A DNA stretch of 62,978 bases, the filler included, from Hyphochytrium catenoides (taxonomy: Eukaryota > Protista > Hyphochytriomycota): assembly GCA_900088475.1 (NCBI GenBank). It is 7 parts of 7 records of this genome, joined end to end, with 100 filler letters (N's around TTAATTAATTAA, not from the genome) between each part and the next. Parts side by side here need not be neighbours in the genome. Positions count along the whole stretch, not along the records: positions 51,569 to 59,600 come from FLMG01000168.1; positions 59,701 to 62,978 come from FLMG01000987.1; 5 more parts are not named here. The stretch is one strand, 5' to 3'. This document shows positions 55,477 through 62,978 of this stretch, one piece after another. The position numbers and the translations under genes are program-made. Below the pieces are notes generated by a model. The model searched no databases, was not told the DNA's origin, and saw nothing but the letters and a program-made list of their open reading frames with translations. Numbering within the stretch: position 1 is the first letter of the stretch; each line of letters opens with the position of its first letter.

Positions 55477-58016
55477 GGAGGAAGAGGGAGAGACTCATCG
55501 ATAAGGCAACATCACACTCAGGACCAGGAGGAGAAGTAAGCGGAGCGCTGGTGGAGCGACATTGGGAGAGAGAGAGAGAGAGAGGAGAGAAGAGAGAGAG
55601 AGAGAGTAAAAAAGCTAACCCACCTCGAGGGCAACCTTCTTATCTCCCGCTGGCACGCCAAACCTTCCATAGTCAACCCCTGCGTCCCATTCCTCCTGGA
55701 ACGTCCAATTGAGCGCATTATCAGGAACCAGAGCGTCATAAGACTCAGGCGCTTCCAGGTCGGCCAGCCCTGGAGGTGGGAGAGATAATTGCGGAGGGCG
55801 AGAGGGCAAAGGCAGAAATAGAAGAAGAAGAACATCGACCAGTGTCAGCCAACAACATTGTAGGAGCAGCGCGCCGCAAGACCGAGTCAAGACACAGCGA
55901 GAGAGAGAGAGAGAGAGAGAGAGGCGCGGTACCAGATTAAGTGAGGAAAAAGAGGTAAGGGGAGGTTTGCAAGAAAAAATAAACGGAAGAACCACGTAGG
56001 GGCAACCTGCTGAGCCACCGCACACTCATCAGAGATTCATGACAAATAAAGCGAGATGGACTTCTAAGAAGAGAGACGGAATAACAAGAAAGACAAGCGG
56101 TAGAGAAGAATGATGAGTAAATAACATCATCCAGAGGACGAAGAACAAGAAGGAGGGAAGCAAGAAGAAGAGAGATTAGAAAGAGCTGACTCCTCTACTG
56201 ACAGTATCTTCTCTTTGCCACAGGCTTCCTGACAGGCGTGTTCATCTCCCTATAGCGCATCCGCCTCAAGAAACGGTTTGAGATGCCGTAAGGAGGAGAG
56301 AATTCCTCTCGCGCCGCTATCGCAAGAGCTCGGGGACTCTCTTCATAGTCGTCTTCAACTTCTTCTTCTGTAGGCTCTACAATAGGATCAAGGTTGGGCG
56401 GCTTCACCAGTCTGTACCTTGGATCTTCATAATCATCATCTTGCAGAGCGCGGGCTTCTCCTGCGATACGGATTTCCACCTCCTCATCGTCGCTATCTTC
56501 TCCTTCTTCCTTACCCTCGGTAGGTTCTCCTTCTTCACCCTCGCTGACTTCTTCTCTGTCGTCAAACTCCTCATCTGAATCTTCTTCCTCTTCGCTGTCA
56601 TCCGACAGTTCATCATCCTTCTCAAGTCCTGTTAGTGGCTCGTACTCTCTAAGCTCATATTCTGAAGGAAGGTAAATGACATCCCTTTTGATGCCCTCCA
56701 CGAAGGCCTCCTCTTGCTCATCTGACCAGGGGTAGAACCGGTGAGGATCCGTAACGTAAGGGAACATCTTTGCTGCCTCTTCCACTTCTTCATCTCTCAG
56801 AACAGGGATCTCGGTCATGTCCTCCAATAGGTCCATCCTGACGAAGTCCGCGCTACTGAGCTGGGCGTCAAACGGACGCGGAGGGTATTTCCCTTCCTTC
56901 TTTAGCTCTGCTTTCTTCTCTTCAATCATCTTCTCGATGTCATAGACTTTCCCGTGAAGCTGAAGCTTTCCGTAGCCTTTCGTGCAGATAAAGCGCGCAT
57001 CGGGATGTAAAAACTCAGGCAAGCCCAGCTCCTCCATAGTTGTCTCTGCAGCGAGCTCCTTCGCCCTTCTTATCCGGAAGTAGGACATGTCTTTCTCTTC
57101 TCGAGGGCGAGGTGCGGCTTGCTTTAGGAGATAGGCGAAGTCAGGAGTGATAACACCGGAGGAATCGCCCATCCCTTCCTCTACTCTAGCTTTGTCTGCT
57201 TCCCTCACTAGCTCATCTGAGGCGACAATGCCTTCTAGCTCGGGGTCAATGTAATCATCCCAGTCTACCAACTCCCCCAGCTCCTCATCTGAGATCTGCA
57301 GTCTGAATGAGAGGAAAGAAAGGGAGAGAAAGAAAGAAAGAGAAGAGAAAAAGCGAGAGAGTGAGAGAGAGAATATGAGTCAGAGAGAGAGAGAGAGAGA
57401 TGGGTGGAGATAGAGTACATGGCAAATAATTATAGAGATAGATAAGTGTGAGATATAGCAGAAGGGGCACACAGAAGAGTAAGTGCCAGAAAACATGAAG
57501 GGGATTGCGACCGCTACAATGGAAGGTGAGACTGAACAAGCACAGACTATACAAAGGCCAATCAAAGGGAAAAGAGGGAGAGAGACACTTTGAGGCGAAA
57601 GGGGACAGGAAGAGAGAATGGCTATAGACAAACCGCGAGAGAGAGAAAGAGAGAGACGAGGGAGAGCAAGAAGAGAAAGGTCTAAAGAGGGGCTGTCAGA
57701 GATTGACATCGGTGTCTTACTTCTCCCATAGTTCATCAAAAGGAAGAGTCTCAAGCTCATCAGCAGTCACGCGCCCAGAAACCCGCTCGACGAGGCCTTT
57801 GAGTGAGCCTTCAAAAGAACGAGGCGCTTGCTCCATCTTTGCATCATCTCCATTATCTAGATCGCTCAAGAAGCGGCACTGAAGAGAGAAACTATCGTCT
57901 CGTTGCCGTGACACATGGAGGGAGGAGCCCGTTCCTCTCTTCTTGGCTCCTCCTAGAGCCAATCTCCTTACTGCTAGGCCCGCGCCGGCCCGCGCGATGT
58001 GCGGCGCTCTCCACAT
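54716..58016 (-). CDS. MRPS35: Mitochondrial ribosomal protein mS35-like, ~580 aa with long acidic N-terminal region; exons 58016-57721, 57302-56203, 55769-55624, 55307-55191, 54799-54716
   Basis: All intron phases are compatible. C-terminus KKVALE|VDISELSLTKDEKTRFRLLCGKR..ILRLVEREYDDQ|EMNAKKLF..LELVKEA fits the MRP-S28/mS35 pattern; Arg/Ala-rich presequence. Confidence 0.72.
54915..55125. repeat. ~107-nt tandem duplication inside the last mS35 intron
   Basis: GTCTCTGTCCGCTGTCTTCTCTG...CTAGCCTCTTGCTTTCTCT at 54934 and 55041. Confidence 0.85.
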
Positions 58017-58349
58017 GTCTCCCTCTCACCCAGGCACACAGCGCTTTAGAGCCTCAACTCACTGAAACAGCCCCAGCAGGAGATCTGAAGTCTGCCCAAG
58101 AGGCAGGAAGACGTTCAGCGGTAGAGGAGCAAAGACGCCGATGGAGATCGCTGAGGCGCGGGGGAGGAGCAAGGACCATAGAAGACCTCTATCTTAGAGA
58201 GAGGGAATAGAGGGAAGACAGTTGGGGGGCGACGGCTTCATGAAGAGCACCAAGAGCAGTGAGGACAGGCAGAAAGAGAGGCAAAGGAGTGGGCCCATGA
58301 AGGAGCAAGAAGAGAGAGAAAGACTGATTTCGAGGGATAGATGGAGAGA

Positions 58350-58391
<42 letters not shown>

Positions 58392-58868
58392 GAGAGAGAG
58401 AGAGAGAGAGAAAGAGAAAGAGAAAGAGAAAGAGGAGAGAGAGAGAGAGTATAAGGATTGGACTGCGCTATTTCTTGCCCTCTTGTGTGGTTGAAAGCTA
58501 TTGATAGAGATGCTTTAAAGCTCAAAGCTCAAACGACCTAATCTGGGGCAGACAGTATTAAAGCGCCGCTAGTCAAGTCGGGAGTGTTATACATAACAAC
58601 TTACAGTATGATGAACGATAAGTCTCAAAAGTGAATCTTTATTCGAGATAACGTCAGACACTTCTGGTTTTCCATCTGAATGATTAGGTTTTAGAATACT
58701 ATTAGCGGTATCCCTGATCCCCTACGAGCCTTGTCGCTTTAGAGTACGCACCTCCAAAGTGCTGCCGCGGTTCTGCTTCTGATCGGAGGACTTCTTTTAC
58801 TCTCCCCTCTCTCCTCTCTCTCTCTCATCCCATTTCTCTCTCTCTCTCTCTCTCTGTCACTCTCTCTC

Positions 58869-58912
<44 letters not shown>

Positions 58913-60289
58913 CTCCTTCCCTCCCTCCCTCTCCCTCTCTCTCCCTCTCTCTCTCTTTCTCTCTCTCGTGCGCGCTCTCCCCCCCTGTCTCTCTCTCTCT
59001 TCTCTTCTCGACTCCCTGGTCTCTCTCTCTCTTGTCTCCTCGCTGGCTCTCTCCTTCCCTGCTTACGCACTACTGTCCGCACTACTCCGTTATTTACCCT
59101 CGATCTCCTCCCTATCGGGGCCTTTCCTCCTCCTTTGCGGTCTCCCCCGAGTCCCACATCCTCCGCATACTGTCGCTCTGTTGACAGCTGACAGCTGCTT
59201 AGCAAACACTTTCATCTTCTTACTAGTTCACTCGACGGCAATTCACTGCCTGGAGCTCCGCTTCACCAGCGACTGAGGGCAAGTGGGAGGCAGGAGACAA
59301 GGCCAACAGGGCCAAGACAGAGAGTCTCCGACCATGATCTACTACCTTCGAGGTATACTCCCGGGTCTCAAATCCTCGGCAAGCTGGAAGCAGACGAGTC
59401 TGCAGGCAAGAAATCTCTCCTGTGGGAAGATGCTCTTTCTTTGACACGTCGCACTGTGTCGAAGCGCATCTGCCCATCGCTCCGCTCCTTAATATTGCTA
59501 TCTCTTACTTCGTTTCTGTCTCTCTGTCTTTCTCTCTCTCATTCTCATCTCTTCCTCCGCTTCTCCTCTCTCATTCGTTTGTGGGTTCATCTTTCTCTCC
59601 NNNNNNNNNNNNNNNNNNNNNNNNNNNNNNNNNNNNNNNNNNNNTTAATTAATTAANNNNNNNNNNNNNNNNNNNNNNNNNNNNNNNNNNNNNNNNNNNN
59701 AGAGAGAGAGAGAGAGGACAAGTAGAAAGTTAAAAAAGAGCAGAGAGACATAAAGAACCGCAAGAAAAGAAGAAAAAGAGAGTGCAAGAGAACAGAGACC
59801 GGGATTGAGAGATATTAACAGAAAGAGGAAAGAAGGATGGGAGATGAAGGAGGAAAGGAAGAAAGAAGCGAGAGTGAGAGTGTAAAGAGAGAAAGGGGAA
59901 ACACACATAAGGAGGGAGAAGGAGAGAGGGACAGAGCGAGAAGGAGCAAGAGAAAGAGAGGGAGGAACGAAACAGAAGAGAAGGATGGAGAGAAGAGAAA
60001 CGACAAGAACGGGCAGAGGAGAACAGCGAGAGATACGAAGAGAAAGCCAATACGGGCACCGTCGTGGTTCCAGTAGACAAGCTAGAGACATGGAAAGAAG
60101 AGAGAATATAAGGAGAAAAGAGGAAACAAGCGACTCGAAGGAGGGTGGGCAGATTGATAAAAAAAAGAGCTCACATTGAAAAAGAGAGAGGAAGAGAGTT
60201 ATAGAGGAAGAGGAGGAAGGAGAGAAGAACACTAAAGAGACTTGAGAGTAAGTTAATGTTAGAAGTAAAAAGAGCTAAGCTCGTCTGCA

Positions 60290-62801
60290 CCTGTGCTTTT
60301 CTCAGGCATTTGATGGCAAGTTTCTCTCTTCCTCTGTACAAAGAGAGAGAGCCCAGCGCTGTGTAGGCGAGAGCGCCTCTCGCGTCATACATATCTAAAA
60401 AGTCCTGAACGACATCGCGAGCTTTCTGCGGAAGAGGGAGAAGCGTCCAGATGGATGGCGGGCAAGAGAGAGAGAAATAAAAAACAGAGAGACAGAGAGA
60501 TGTGAGNNNNNNNNNNNNNNNNNNNNNNNNNNNNNNNNNNNNNNNNNNNNNNNNNNNNNNNNNNNNNNNNNNNNNNNNNNNNNNNNNAGCAGGAGAAGGC
60601 GGTAAAAAGAAGGGAAAGATAGAGACAGGAGAAAGGAAAGAATGAAGGCGACCAACAATGAAAAGCTTGAAAGCAGAAAGATCCTCTCCGGCGCTCTCAT
60701 GTATGGAGCCTCCCGTGAAGAGAAAGAAGAACTGCTGATCCGGCGCCAGCTTGGACCTAAATGGGAGATAAGGGGAAGCCAAGAAGAGAGAGAGAGGAGG
60801 AGAGAGAGAGAGAGAGTAGGGAAGAGAGAGAGGGCAGCCCGAAATGGACGCAAGATGGAGAGGCATAGAGATCGGGAAGAGACATAGAGAAGAGAGCGCA
60901 AAGTGAAGGTGAGACGATTGAGAAAGAAGAGAATAAGAGACAGCCATTGGCGAGATTTCGAAGCTTTGAGCAGTTGCACGAGAGAAGCAGGAGAAGAAAG
61001 TCGCTGAGAGAAAGGAGAGAGAAAGATAAACAAACAAACAGTGAGAGAGAGAAAAGAGAAAGGGGAAGGGAGAGAGCTCGTAGCGCCGGCCCCTCAGACG
61101 TGAAGATTACATGCGAGCCAAGGAGAGGAAACCAGAGAGAGAGAGGATTCATCGTCAATATATTCGACGGAGTGGTAAGGGAAGATTGAGTAGCTCTTAC
61201 TCGGTCTTTTCCCAGCTCTCCTGAGCCTGGCGGAGAAACTCTTGAGCAGCCTGGAGAAGCGAAAGGAGAGAGACGAGGGAGAGAAACAAGCAGCGGAAGA
61301 GAATGAGAAAGAAAGAAAGAAGGAAGAGGTATGAAAGGTGATACGGCCTTTAGAGACACAGAGCTTGCCGCGAACTCAACTAACAATACAAAGAAAAGAG
61401 GACGATCGAAGAGAGAGAGATACAGACAGACAGACAGAGATTTATATATTTATAGAAAGAGAGAGAGACAACGGGCAAGATGAGAGAGAGAGAGAGAAAC
61501 GACAAAGGGAGACGGCACTGTCTAGCCAAAGACACCACAAAGTGATGGAGGCCAAGAGTAGCTATGAAGAGACTTTTTGGGGAAGAGAGAACAGATTGAA
61601 AAGACAAGCGGGAAGAAAGAACATTGAAACAACGGCGACCAGATGCGACAAGATAAAGGAGAGGGAGATTCCACATGCCAAGGGAGAGAAGGAAAGAGAA
61701 AGCGAGAGAATATAAGAGTGGAAGAGAGGCGATTGGAAAGGAGGCCACAACAGGAACAGGGGAAAGGTAGAAGAAAGAGAGAGGAAAAGAGAGGAGAAAG
61801 AAGGTATGGGAAAAAAGCTAGAGAGAGAGAGGAGAGAAGGGGAGATGGACTAGGAGAGGAAGAGAAAGAGAGAGAGAGACGAGAGGGAGGAAGAAGCCAG
61901 GGGATGAAGCAATGAAGAGAGAAATAGAGAGATACAAGGAAACGAGAGAGGGAGAGAAAACGAGAGAGAACGAGAAGACGAGAAGAGGGTAAAAAGAGAG
62001 ATAATAGAACACGAGAGAGAGAGAACATGAGAGAGAGAGGGAGATGGGACGGGACAGAGCGACGGAGGGAATGGCAACGGACACTGACATGGTATTGGGA
62101 TCTATTCCACGCCGCCAGAGCTGCTTCGATGGTGGTTGCCACAGAGAGAGGGCAGGGGGGAGGAGAGCAGTTCTCCCGAAGGAGGATCAACTCTGGCTTC
62201 TCAAGATTGGGCTAAAAGAGAGAGAATCGGGTCAGAGGGAAGAGGATCGAGGAGAGAGAGGAGAAGGCGAGGAAGGTGAGTAAAGAAAGAGAGAGAGAGA
62301 GAGTGAGAGAAGAAGAGAGAAAGAGAGAGAAAAGAGAGAGATGGATGGGGCCGGCGAGGGCCGAAAGAGATAACTAGATAAAGAGAGAGAGAGGAGTCTT
62401 CATCATCTAACCTCTTCTCCTCCTAATTCTTTCTCTTCCTCTCTGTCTTCTGTCTCCTCCTCCACCTCCTCATCTAACGCATCCATTAGCTTCGTGAGTT
62501 GTTCCTCTTCTTCTTCTTTCTCTCCGACTACTCGCCCTCGTAGATCGTCTTCTCTCTCCTGTTTCTCTCTCTCTCCAAGGAGAGACGTAGCGGACGGAGG
62601 TCGCGCGGTGGAAGAGCTCCGAATAGAAGACTGCTTTTTCATCAAGCCGCCCCTTACTACAGCCAAAGAGGGAGAGAGAGAGAGGAAGAGAGAGACAACG
62701 AGAACGAGGGGCGGAACAGATAGAGAAGAGAAAACGGCTTACCTCCAGGATAGAATGTTGAGAAGGAGGAGAAACCATAACGAAGGCGTATAAGCATTGT
62801 A
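60290..62801 (-). CDS. Internal exons of a TPR-like helical-repeat protein (partial)
   Basis: Exon-like islands between GA microsatellites: TTIEAALAAWNRSQYH, FFFLFTGGSIHESAGEDLSAFKLF, ALAYTALGSLSLYRGREKLAIKCLRKAQ. Confidence 0.5.
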
Positions 62802-62978
62802 AAGGAGAGACGATGGAAAGTGAGAGAAAAAGAAAGGAAGAGAGAGAGAAAAAGAAGTCTAAGGAGCAGCATATCGTAGGCGGTAAAGAAAAGAAGAGAG
62901 AGAGCAAGCACGATGAGAACAGATGCCAGCAACGAAGAAGGCACAAAGAGCAAGGACTACACATAGAGACAGCATATG

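Noticed and set aside
59220-59480. Possible first exon (MIYYLRG..) with a GC donor
   Set aside because: Too short and truncated by the scaffold end.

Overview
Eukaryotic nuclear DNA, not prokaryotic. The window concatenates seven unlinked scaffolds joined by artificial 100-nt spacers (44 N + TTAATTAATTAA + 44 N): A 1-4971, B 5072-17164, C 17265-40153, D 40254-43999, E 44100-51468, F 51569-59600, G 59701-62978. Genes have GT-AG introns, many filled with (GA/CT)n microsatellites, so most ORF-track entries are noise. Hand-spliced genes: PX-domain protein, mitochondrial SSADH, DJ-1/Hsp31-type protein, PRP3, threonine dehydratase (partial), tRNA-Ala(UGC), a coiled-coil protein, MAPK15/ERK7, VPS26 (partial), an unusually long mS35 and a TPR-like fragment. 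The host is probably a flagellated protist, possibly a stramenopile (inference). The main highlight is scaffold B: a spliced ~1200-aa SF2 helicase whose motifs resemble prokaryotic Z1-associated (restriction/defence-type) and giant-virus helicases, sitting between an intact 7TM-RGS gene and an inverted decayed copy of it. Also notable are a 13-nt TTAGGG-containing telomere-like array on scaffold D and Helitron/Helentron-like debris on scaffold A. All calls come from manual reading; no database search was run.
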